From a virus (lineage: Duplodnaviria; Caudoviricetes), in the IMG/VR virus record IMGVR_UViG_3300005805_000083, positions 2,921 through 66,920 of that record: a stretch of DNA of 64,000 nucleotides, one strand, 5' to 3'. How positions within the stretch are numbered: position 1 is the stretch's first letter; each line of letters starts with the position of its first letter. The notes below the pieces were generated by a model. That model made no database searches, had not been told where the DNA came from, and worked only from the letters and a program-made list of their open reading frames with translations. A program made the position numbers and the translations under genes. This document shows, in pieces, positions 18,203 through 29,000 of this stretch.

Positions 18203-21200
18203 TTGATGCACGACATTCAATTTAAAGCCAACTCTGGACAGTTTAATATCGACCAAGCCCAGGGCATAGTCGAATGCTTCGTTGCGGGAATCGGCAACAA
18301 AGACTCCGTCGGGGACATCGTTGTTTCTGGTGCCTTTGCCAAGAGCCTTATGCGCCGCAAGCCAAGAGTCGTTTGGGGCCACAATTGGAACGACCCAATC
18401 GGCAAGGTCATCGAAATCTACGAAGTCCCACCCAACGACCCAAGACTTCCACAAAAAATGAAGATGGCTGGAATCGGTGGGCTTTACGCAAAGGTGCAGT
18501 TCAATCTCAATTCCGAGAAGGGCCGCGAGGCATTTGCAAACGTCGCATTTTTTGGCGAAGAGCAAGAATGGTCAATCGGCTACAAGACGCTTGACGCAAT
18601 CTACGACAACTCCAAGCAGGCAAACATTCTTCGTGAAGTCGAACTGTACGAGTTGAGCCCTGTTCTCCACGGCGCAAATCAATTGACTGGAACCATTTCG
18701 GTAAAAAGCGATGAAGAGAAAATGCACATGCACATGGGAATGGGCATGCCCTCTGGGATGATTGCAGTCGCCGAAAAGCCAAAGGGTCCAGTTGACCCAT
18801 TCGAGCAAGGAATTGCACAGCCAGCAGATAGCGACAGAATGGCTGCCCTTGAAAGAGAACTAAGTTCTCGAACCGACGGACCAATCAAGGTCATGAAGGC
18901 AAACGAAAGTTCAGTAGTTTTTCTCAAGCCTGGCAAGGGAATGTTCAGGCTTGGTTACTATTTTGATGGCGAACAGTACATGTTCGGCAAACCAGAAAAA
19001 CTCGGCGTTCCAATGATGATTCAGCCAATGGTTGGTCAACCAAAGCCAGGTCCAAAGCCACAGCGAATTCCAAATTTCCCAAACGTGGAGCAAAAACCGT
19101 CGTCGCCCATTGTCCCCGTTAAGTATGGCAACGATGCGGCAAGCGGATTCTTTTCGCTCGATGACGAAAAATCGCTTTCTGAGCAAGTTGCCGCAACACT
19201 CGATGGAGTTTCCTTGGGGGGCAATCAGGCGGACTTTGTTGAACAACTTTCTGGCATAGTTGGCTCATTGCAGCAAATAATCAGCCAGCACCGCTCAGAG
19301 AAGAGTGAACTATTAATCCAGTGTCCGCCAGAAATGGCTTTTGAAACAAAGCAAGCACTTGACCCAGTGTTTGACTATCACAGAATTGAATCGTATGTCA
19401 CTGAAGATGGGATTGTTATTGCATCTCCGTTGACTGGTGACGCATACGAGGCGGTGGAAAACGCAACCAAATCACTGCTCGGTAGAATCGGCAGAGGCAT
19501 CGGTGGTGGGGGAAAAGTTAGGCGCGGCAGGACCGCGCTAAGCAGAATAGAAGGGGTCCTCGACCCAAGAAGTAGGCGAGACGTCGACGGTGACGGACTC
19601 ATTTTTGATGGCACTTGGATGGAGCAGCCAGACCCAACCAGATTTGTTCCGAGAGTGCAGAGGTCGCTTAGGTCTGGTGGTGGCCCGAACGATGACGACA
19701 ACGATGACGACAAAACACCCAGGAAACCCAAATTTGTACCAAAGAAGGTTTCTGACAAAATCGAAGCGCAAGTCGGGCGCTCAATGAACAAAAAGATAAT
19801 CAGAATGTTCGATGAGTTGATTAGCAGAGGACAAATACCAGAAGACAGCATAGTAAGACAAATAGCAGATGGCTTCAAAAACGCCAAGCGCGAAGGAAGT
19901 CAAACCAGACCAGACATAACACCAGAGCAACTCGAGGCTTTCAAGTCTGAATTTGAAAGGCTGAGACCGCTATTTGCTGAGGTCGGCGCCTTAAAAGAGG
20001 GAGAGAAGGGTGCAAGCCCATTCGATGTTCTTTCCACAATAGTCACAACTGGAAAATTCAGAAGAGTCAACAAGGGAACTGGAAGTGGGAAGGAAAGAGC
20101 AGCAACTGCTGGCATGGAGTCTGCTGCAACTGGCGTGCGTGATGGTGGCTTGGATGTCATAGTTGGAACGAAAATACCGTTGCCAAAACTAAAAAGGACG
20201 GAAGGCAAATTAGACGTAAGTGAATTTATTGAAACTGGTTTGCTTCCAAAAAATTGGGAAGAAATGACTGGTGATGAGCAGGTTCGCTGGATTTCGGAGA
20301 ACGAGGATACTGTTCTCAATGCTGCTGGCAAGCAGCGCCCATGGAGATGGACACAACGTGTTGCTCGGGTATTTGATAGGGCATACGAAAAATCTTTTGA
20401 CGAAGACGAAAGAAAGGAGCGACTGGAAAGAAGGGCACAAAGAGGCGATGTGACAAAACCATCAACGCCACAGGCACCAAAGCCACAGGTACCAAAGCCA
20501 CAGGAACCAAAGCCACAGGCACAAAAGCCACCCAAGCCAAAATCAGACAATAAATTCATGGAAGCCATTTCCGAAACACTGAATCCATTTGTTGAGAGAA
20601 ATAAACAAAAACTTTCACCTGGTGTGGTCGATGCATACAACGACATGGTTTCGCAACTTGATGAGACTTTTGGCGACGAAGACATGAGTCGAGCGGAAAA
20701 GATACAAAAAGCGCAAGAAATCATTGATAAGGCATTGCGTGACATGACCATAACCAGAGACACAAACGAAGGTGACCCAAGCAGTCAATATTTTGAAGAA
20801 ACTACAAAACTAAGAGAACTGAATAAGACCGATAACAATCTATTGAGTGCAGTTCAACTGATGCTTGCAAGACTTTCCGACGAACAAGATGTGGAAGACA
20901 GGGAAGACGACCTTGATGCAGAAAGAGACATGGAGGAGGGGTTGGCGAGAAGGGCAAGAAGAGCGCGCCGCTACAACGTGGAAGACGATGAGGATTTTGC
21001 TGACGGAGCAGAAATAGATTACGCAGAGTATGGGGTCCCAGACCAAGACATTGGGGATGAAGATGACCGCATGTCGCTTCGGTCGTCTGGGCGGCGCGTA
21101 TTGTCACCAAAACAGTTGAGTGTGGCCAGGAATTTCCAATCTGCCCACAGAAGAAGAAAGTCAAACGGAACGCTTCGCTCGTCTGGCAAATCGCCACGAA

Positions 21201-21571
21201 CAGAAATAACGCAAGAGTCAACATGGTGGAAGAAAATAGATGACTCATTGGATATGGAAATAAGAAAATCCGACAGCGAACTTGTAAAAGAGGGATTAAA
21301 CCTGCTTCAGCAAAAAATCAAGAAATATGAGGCTGGGGCATTCAAGCCGAATTCAAAGAGAACCAATGTTGGCTCAATTAAAGTAACCGCAGACGAGGCC
21401 GACAAAATTCTTGACGCAATCATGTCGGTTATTGACAGGCAGCAGACTGCTGGCAAGGGCGGAACCGCTGGAAGCAGGGGTGAACTTTTCGCAGAACTAC
21501 TTGAGACTTTGTCTAAAGCAGCAATGTCAACGTTTATAGATAAAACATCTCCAACCGCAGATGACAAGTAA
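18203..21571 (+). CDS. HK97-type prohead protease with ~950-aa C-terminal extension
   Basis: N-terminal KDSVGDIV..GAF, VVWGHNWNDPIG (His), WSIGY (Ser), ELYELSPV..GAN; extension carries the DVDGDG cassette and 3 LRSSG-type motifs. Confidence 0.88.
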   Translation: MMHDIQFKANSGQFNIDQAQGIVECFVAGIGNKDSVGDIVVSGAFAKSLMRRKPRVVWGHNWNDPIGKVIEIYEVPPNDPRLPQKMKMAGIGGLYAKVQFNLNSEKGREAFANVAFFGEEQEWSIGYKTLDAIYDNSKQANILREVELYELSPVLHGANQLTGTISVKSDEEKMHMHMGMGMPSGMIAVAEKPKGPVDPFEQGIAQPADSDRMAALERELSSRTDGPIKVMKANESSVVFLKPGKGMFRLGYYFDGEQYMFGKPEKLGVPMMIQPMVGQPKPGPKPQRIPNFPNVEQKPSSPIVPVKYGNDAASGFFSLDDEKSLSEQVAATLDGVSLGGNQADFVEQLSGIVGSLQQIISQHRSEKSELLIQCPPEMAFETKQALDPVFDYHRIESYVTEDGIVIASPLTGDAYEAVENATKSLLGRIGRGIGGGGKVRRGRTALSRIEGVLDPRSRRDVDGDGLIFDGTWMEQPDPTRFVPRVQRSLRSGGGPNDDDNDDDKTPRKPKFVPKKVSDKIEAQVGRSMNKKIIRMFDELISRGQIPEDSIVRQIADGFKNAKREGSQTRPDITPEQLEAFKSEFERLRPLFAEVGALKEGEKGASPFDVLSTIVTTGKFRRVNKGTGSGKERAATAGMESAATGVRDGGLDVIVGTKIPLPKLKRTEGKLDVSEFIETGLLPKNWEEMTGDEQVRWISENEDTVLNAAGKQRPWRWTQRVARVFDRAYEKSFDEDERKERLERRAQRGDVTKPSTPQAPKPQVPKPQEPKPQAQKPPKPKSDNKFMEAISETLNPFVERNKQKLSPGVVDAYNDMVSQLDETFGDEDMSRAEKIQKAQEIIDKALRDMTITRDTNEGDPSSQYFEETTKLRELNKTDNNLLSAVQLMLARLSDEQDVEDREDDLDAERDMEEGLARRARRARRYNVEDDEDFADGAEIDYAEYGVPDQDIGDEDDRMSLRSSGRRVLSPKQLSVARNFQSAHRRRKSNGTLRSSGKSPRTEITQESTWWKKIDDSLDMEIRKSDSELVKEGLNLLQQKIKKYEAGAFKPNSKRTNVGSIKVTADEADKILDAIMSVIDRQQTAGKGGTAGSRGELFAELLETLSKAAMSTFIDKTSPTADDK

Positions 21572-21697
21572 TTTTTCAGAGATTTCAATCGTGAATAATT
21601 CCGTGAAGTATAATTTGTGAAAACGAATTTCAAGAAATACAGCGTGAGAACAGTGCCTGTGGTATTGTCGTCTCACAAAGCATAAGGAGCCAGAACA

Positions 21698-23038
21698 ATG
21701 GATTACGACAAGAACGCAGTTGTCAAGTTGGACACCGATGGTTCCGTTTTGAAGTGCGCCAAGGGTGCTGACGCTGGCGGTTGTGGCTATGCGCCAGGTG
21801 CAAAAGTGTGCGCAAAGTGTGGCGCGATGCCAGTTCAGATGAAGATGGCAGACGAAGAAGAGATGGTTGACCAAGAAGAGATGGTCGACGCTGAAGACGA
21901 CGAAGAGGAAATGGAAAAGGGCTGGAAGAAAAAGCCAATGAAGATGAAGGCCATGGACGAAGACATGGAGGACGACGACGACATGGACGATGAGGACGAT
22001 ATGGACGACGAAGACGACATGGACGACATGGACGACGAAGAGCCAGAAATGGAAGAAGAGGAAGAGGACGAAGAAGGCCTGGAGGCCATGAAATCCCGTC
22101 GTTTGGCGAGCATGGGTTATAAGAGCGCCGATGTTGGGGCACGTGGATACCTGTGTGCGATTGACAGAAAGGTGTACCCAGGCGGTCAGCCAGTGTGCGA
22201 TGACTGTGTTGGCGGCTGCATGTCAGAAAAGGGCATGCCAGGTCTCCTGCATGTTGAGGGCCTTGCCGAGGACATGTTTGATGGAAAAGTTCTTGACTCT
22301 GGGTATTCGGCAGAGGCTGACATGTTCGTTGTTGACGTCGAAGCAAAAGATGGACGCGCGGTTGAAGTCTTCATCGATGGAACCAGCGCAGAGGTTCTTG
22401 GCTGGCACAAGTTGGACGGCAACGCATTTGAGCAGAAGTCGCTTGTTGACGAAATGATGCTTATCGACTTCAATGACGCAGCAGAAATTGCCGTTAAGTC
22501 AATTGAAGGAAGCGTTGTTGCTGTTGAGCCAGATGTCTTTGAGGGTTTCGACGCATACGCGGTTGAAATTGACGGAATCGACGGCAAGTCCTACGACGTG
22601 TTCGTCTCGCTGGACGGCGAAGTTCTTGGCTACGACAAGTACGAAGAAGAGGACGCTCAGGATATTGAGGCCGAGGCTGCGGAAATTGCGCTCAAGCGTG
22701 CATTCACCCCAGAGCAAAGAGACCGCATGGCCGAGGAGGGCACGGCTCTCCCAGATGGTTCTTATCCTATTTCCAATCGCGAGGACCTCTCAAATGCAAT
22801 TCAGGCATTTGGTCGCGCAAAAGACAAGTCTGCCGCAAAGCGCCACATCATCAAGAGAGCCAAGGCTCTCGGTGCTGAGTCGATGATTCCAGCAAATTGG
22901 GTTGCTGGTGGAAAATCGGCCGATGCAATTAACACCAAGGCCGACGCAGAGGCAGTAGACCCAGACTTCATGTCGCAATTGCTCGAATTCGAGTTGCTCA
23001 ATGCAGAGGTTGAAGACAACAAAACCCAAGAATCGTAA
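21698..23038 (+). CDS. Acidic head-associated/scaffold-like protein with two PepSY-like domains
   Basis: Cys-rich N-terminus, D/E/M low-complexity run, two PepSY-like units (AEIA...G.VVAVE...YAVEI...DGKSYDVFVSLDGEVL), C-terminal ALPDGSYPI...AIQAFGRA domain. Confidence 0.6.
   Translation: MDYDKNAVVKLDTDGSVLKCAKGADAGGCGYAPGAKVCAKCGAMPVQMKMADEEEMVDQEEMVDAEDDEEEMEKGWKKKPMKMKAMDEDMEDDDDMDDEDDMDDEDDMDDMDDEEPEMEEEEEDEEGLEAMKSRRLASMGYKSADVGARGYLCAIDRKVYPGGQPVCDDCVGGCMSEKGMPGLLHVEGLAEDMFDGKVLDSGYSAEADMFVVDVEAKDGRAVEVFIDGTSAEVLGWHKLDGNAFEQKSLVDEMMLIDFNDAAEIAVKSIEGSVVAVEPDVFEGFDAYAVEIDGIDGKSYDVFVSLDGEVLGYDKYEEEDAQDIEAEAAEIALKRAFTPEQRDRMAEEGTALPDGSYPISNREDLSNAIQAFGRAKDKSAAKRHIIKRAKALGAESMIPANWVAGGKSADAINTKADAEAVDPDFMSQLLEFELLNAEVEDNKTQES
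21955..22080 (+). repeat. Low-complexity coding repeat (DDMDDE)n / poly-acidic
   Basis: Repeated gacgacatggacga-type units. Confidence 0.7.
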
Positions 23039-23064
23039 CCCGATTCTAGAAAAAGGCGCCTGCC

Positions 23065-26000
23065 ATGCAGGAACGTAAAGTCGTAGTTACGCGCATACTG
23101 AAAAGCGGTCGGCTTTTTCCAGAGGCAAAAGAAACGCCCGAAGAGAGAATACGACGGTTTGTCGACGCCCAAAAACAAGTTGTTGCTTATCCATTTTCGC
23201 CAGATATTTCGGTCAAAGCGCTTGGTTCTTCTGGTAAAAATCCTGCGGCCGACAATAAGGACAAGCGGAAAAAGGCCAAGTCAAAGTTCAAGCGACTTGG
23301 AGTTGGAATTTTTGACCCTGACGCAAAAGCAAAGCCTGGCCAATATTTCGAAATAAGACCACGAAGAATCAATCAAGATGGGCAACTTGGGGACGTTCCC
23401 AACATGGGCTGGCTTGACCCAAGAAAAAGCGTAAAACCCAAAGACCTTGTTGCGTATGGAAAGAAACAAATACAAAAACAAAAACAAAATATTCAAGTTC
23501 GCGTTGTATCCGCAAAAAAGAACAAGAGAACTGGCGGGATAGAAGCAAAAGCCCTTGGCAGAAGCATCGGGCAAACTGTCGGAAACATCGGTCAGGCAGC
23601 GGCCAGAGCAATTGGCATAGTGGTTGACGCTGACGGTAAATTCAGGTGCCCCCCAGGTGTCCCAGCAGCAAACCAATTCACCGACGAGGTTGGAAGCAAC
23701 TGCTTTGACTTTTCCCCAGCGATTGGTCGCGCCCTGGTCCGCATCGCACAGCGCTATGGGTTCAACCTTCAAGATTCCATAAGGAGAATTGATGCCGCAA
23801 CTCCATTTGAGCGAGATAAAGACGGAACATTGCGCAGAGGCGCTTCGCTCAGGTCTAGCGGTTTAATACTCCCAGGCGCTCCCAGCAGACCATCATCGGA
23901 TGGGATTATTTACGGCCCAGATGGCAAACCGTTAGCGACGCGAACACCAGTTGACCCAGAGGTCGCAGAATTTGAAGTGGCTGAGGAAACCCTGCGAACC
24001 ATTGCCGCTGGAACTGGGGAAATTGTTGACCCAGATACGTATGAAGAAGAATTCAGGAAAGCGCTTCGTAAGGCATACCCAGAATTGTCCGATGCCGAAA
24101 TTGACGAAATGGCAAAAGTTGCCGCACAAAGAGAAAAACTAAAAGACGAAGTAAGAAAACAACAAAGAGAATCATTGCAAATCCTGCGAGACATGGGCAT
24201 TGATTTCGACGAAAATGACCCTAATTCCGTTCAGGAGGCAATAAGTTTTGCCCTTTGGAAAATGCGCAGCGATGGCTGGGACATTGACCTTGAGGGCTAC
24301 TACGGGGAAGGTTTTCACGACAACCCCATGGTTGCGATTCTCGCCCATAGGAGAATGCTTGCGGAACTCGGCTACGACGGCCTTGAAGCAGCAGTTGAGC
24401 AAGGAAAAATTGAGGGCCTGGATGCAGACACTCTTGACAAACTCAAGAAAAAGTATGGCTCCAGATTTAGAGAAGTGATACTTCAGGCGATGCAGGATGG
24501 CACTCCAGTATCTGATTTGTTCCCAGATGATGAAGACGCTCAAAATTTTGCCGCCATGGCAAAACTCGCGTATTCAAAAGCACAAGCGTATGAAGTTGGG
24601 ACAATGATGCAACTTGTGCGACAAAGAAAACTCACCCCAGACATGGTCGGTGAAATCAGCGGAATATACCACTCGGAATTTGACCCATATGACCCATTTT
24701 TTGCCGATACTTCGGTAGACGGAAGAACTGGAAAAATTACACTCAGCATAAATATTGCTGGAATGCTGGTGACCCACCCACCGAAATCGCTTAGTGATTC
24801 TGGCTTTCACCTATATGAACCAAGCGGAACTGCTGGAACGGAAATAGCAAAACTTCAAGCAATAGGAGATGTTGTCTCAGCAGAAAACAGGGCGCGTCTT
24901 CTCGGTTCTTATCTTGGCGAGTTGGGTTCATTTGCGCAAGAAGTGCAGAGGGTGAAAGAGCAGAAAGAGGCAATGACAAAGCCGCTCGGTGAACTTGGGG
25001 GAATGTCGCACGGACTTTTTGTTATGTATCACGAATTGATGCATGCGCGACAATTGCAAATTATTGCAAAATTTATCCAAAGTAGAGACCCAGGTATGAC
25101 CAACGCTGAGGCACTGGACTGGGCGGTAAGAATAGGAATTGGGGGAGAAAGTTTCACTGACGCATACGGTAGGGAATTCAACATTGCCACAATTCTTTCC
25201 AGCCCAGAAGTTCTATCTACTGCTGTTGGCGATGTTGGCGAAATACTCGCCACATTGGTAGACCAAAAAATTGGTGGCAATTACGGCCCAGGCCACTACT
25301 ACCAGGCAATAAACATGAATTACATTGCAAGCGCGTCAAGTCTTGGAGAAATGGAAAGACGTTACGAAGAACTCCGAAGAAAAGCGGCGATTCTCGAAGT
25401 CACAAAACCAGGTTCAGCCGAACTCGACGGCATCAAAATGGCACTAAACAAAACAGTCAGATTACTTGAAGACGCGCAAGAAGATGGTTGGGAAGAAACT
25501 AGGTTTATGCGCAACGGCGCAAGAAGTGCAAGCGCTATCGCAATCATGGAAATGCAGGCCGACATAGCGGCTGCCGTAGAAATGGGGATGATTGAAAAAA
25601 CACCTGAAGTAGAAGCCCTGATATCCCCACTAAGCCGTGGAAAAGATTTAGACGCTGTAGTTGACACCATAGTCCCAGAAGTTGCAGTCGTTGAAACCAG
25701 AACGCAGAAATTGAAGAGAGTTGCAAAAGCCGCCAGAAAAATCTCGCGTGATGATATTAGGCAAATAATCGAGGATTCTCAGCGTCTTGGGAGAATACTC
25801 GACAGAGATGCAAGCAGAGATGAAAGTTTGACTTCTGGGGCCCTTAGGTCTGCAGCATCTTTTGACGGGAGAGGGGCAGCATCGCGTTGGGGCGCCTCAG
25901 TGAGGGACGCCTACATGAGCACTGCCACCCCAGAGCAAAAACGGGTTATTGAGGGTAAGTGGCGCAATAGGAAATGGTCAAAGCCATCTAGCGATATGTC

Positions 26001-29000
26001 GATAATTAACTCGTTGGCAATGGGCGACGGGGACAACATGGCGAATGAAATAGAAAACGAATTTATTCCATTTGTCGACCTAATCGGAAACTCCAAATTG
26101 CCAAACGGAGTTGCGGTTGAACTTGTTTTGCCGAGCGGAACCCTTTCTCCAGGAGATTCTGGTTTCCCATCTTCTGGCGTTAGGGGCGTTCGATACGAAA
26201 TAGGCGGACACCATACTGGCCTGATTAAGTCAAATGAAGACCTTTTCAGTTCTGTGCCGCCAAGCCCAACCCCATCTGGCCAACGTGTAATCCTTAATGT
26301 TCCAGAGGGTTCATCTGGACTTCCAGATTTCACTCCAGGCAGCAACGGTTCTGAAGTTGGCTCAATAATTCTTCCACCTGGAGAAATCGAATTAATTGAT
26401 GTGCGAGACGATGGTGTTGCAATCGCCTCTCTGACACGACAAGAAACAGTGTCTGAAACTTTGAGCAAAAAGAAGGGGCAACTACTCAGGGTTGAGCAGC
26501 GCACCGAAAGACTTGACGACAAAATAGCGATAAGAAAAGCATTGAACAGAATCGAAAGAAAAGAACAGGTTGAACAGCGCCGTTCGCTCAGGTCATCTGG
26601 GGTGGGAAATGTTGCTCAACCAAAACCGAACACTCGCGTTCCATCAGAGCCAGACGCAAGGACTGTTGCGATAAAAGACCGCATGGAATCGCAGGGCATA
26701 CAATTTGGGAAACCGCTTCTTAAAAGGATTGCAGAACTTAGGGAAAAATACGAAGCCAAATTGAACAGCAGAAATAATTCAGGTGGAATTGTCTCCGACG
26801 ATACTCACGATTTCGAAAGTCCAGAAGCAGCAAAAAAGAGAGTTGATAAAGCAATAGACAACGCCATAGCCCAAATAAAGGCTGGCACCCTCCCAGGTCT
26901 TTCTCCAGAAGTTGCTGAAATAATGAAAGATAAATCCCCAGAAGAGATAAGGCAAATTCTTGTCACAACCCTGCGTAAACATGTCGACGGCCTTGATAAA
27001 AGGGCAAGATTCAGAATACGTGGAGCCCACGTATATGGGGTCAGGGATGGGCAAGATTCCCCACTGATGGGCTTCATAAAAACTGGCCGATGGAGAACAA
27101 CCCATGATACAAGTGGCTCCCAGGCAGCATCTGACTCCAAGAGACGCAAAGAGGCTGAGTTGCTTCTTGGCATTCCAGAAACGGCAGATGATGATTTGCG
27201 TCCAGCACATGGCTATTACCTGCACGTCGACGAACTTGATTTTAGGTCAAGAAGAAACGCAGCAAGAAGACAGCAAATTGCAGACGGGGAGGGTGGCGAA
27301 GACAGAATTCCACTCTTCAATGAAGACAATCTTTCACATCAGCCAAACCCGACGGTCACCCACGACAAAATGGTTGTTGACCCAATGCCACACGAATACG
27401 GTTCTTCGGAAATAGTCCTAAAACCAGAGGCATCACAGCGCACCGTAATCACATTCGGAGACTCGCTAAATGGGATGCGAACACCAATACCACTTGATGG
27501 GAGCGCAACCGATGACGAATTGCTCGAGGCTGGATTGCTAAATAGGGCAAGCATGCTGGATAGTGGCATGTTCAGTGTCAGGAAAACCGACACGACACAA
27601 CGAAGAATAGCCGCGCTCCTTGAGGCAAGCGTCTCGCAAAATCATGAACGTGTTGCAGTAAGTACTGACGGCAACAGCACTGGCCGCTACTACGTTGAGG
27701 CGATTGTTGGCGGGTCATTCACCATGGACGATGTTGAGGAAATACGAATAGAGCCTGATTTCGAAGCGATTCACGGGAATATTTCCCAGTCTGCTGTTCC
27801 AAACGAGGTAAAGGGTCACACCGCATATGGCCTGCTTCGCGATGTAATGCCGCGAGCAGATATTGATGCAGTAATTAAAATTCTTGACGAACCAGAGACA
27901 GAAGAAAATAAAACACTTAAGAAAAATTTACGTGAAATTATTTCGGACAGATACAACCTTCACGGGAGACTTGAAGGAAGAAGAAGAATAAGGGCGGACA
28001 TCGAATCAAGGGTTTCTGACCCAACAAAACCAAAACCAAAGGTCACTTTCCTGGACACGCGAGGGCGTGATTTTGAATCACACTCAAAACACCCACGCGC
28101 ACTCGAAGAAACTGGCATGGATGACACCTACGACATCGTCGATGTTATTGCGCGAAGTGGCGCAGTGCGGGTGAGAAAACTCCTAAAAGAAAATAATATT
28201 CCAGTTTCTGAGGATTCAGAATTTGACTCGATGAAGCCAAAGCCTCGAACGCTGCGTTCAAGTGGTTCACCAGTCAACGAGAGAAGAACTCTCAGGTCTT
28301 CTGGCTCAATGACGATTGATGAAATACCTGGAAGTGGGGTATCCAGAAGATTGGAGAGACGGACGTCGCTGCGCTCGTCTGGCCGAACAACGAGAGAAAA
28401 ATTGGATAACGGCCCCTCAGAACTGGATTACGGCATCGATGACAAGGGCCTACCACGTGTAGCGACCGTAGAAGAAAACAAACAAAAATTCGGAAGAACC
28501 CCCAAAGAAGTCAAAAAATATTTCAAGGACAAATGGGGGATAAAAGTAAAGAATGGTCTGCCAGACGGGCAAAAGAACCCCGAGCAAGAAGCAGTCGCAT
28601 ATGCCGCAATGCAAGCACTCGATGATGTTATGAACAATATGGGTGATGTTGCTGAAATTCTCAAAAACGAAAATCTTTCAGTGAATTTTAATTCTCAGTG
28701 GACAGCCAGAGATACAACTATGGGAAGTTTTTCCCTGAACAGAAGAGTGTTATTCCATCGCAGAAAACAAAATATGGAAATAGCGATGTACCCCAAAAAC
28801 GTTGTTGAAATCGCGCAAAAAAATGCACAGGAACTTCGCGCCAATGGGGTTAGGGGCTTAATTAATGGACTTAGGCGCTCTCGGGCGGTTGGTCTTGTCG
28901 CTGACCCTTTCGTTGAAGCAAGAATTGACAATGTCCCCGATGCGGACATGGATTTGGTTGTTGCGCAAAGATTGACCTATGCAAACATGGTTCACGAGAT

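Noticed and set aside
21955-22080. Acidic repeat as a non-coding tandem array
   Set aside because: In-frame low-complexity coding sequence.
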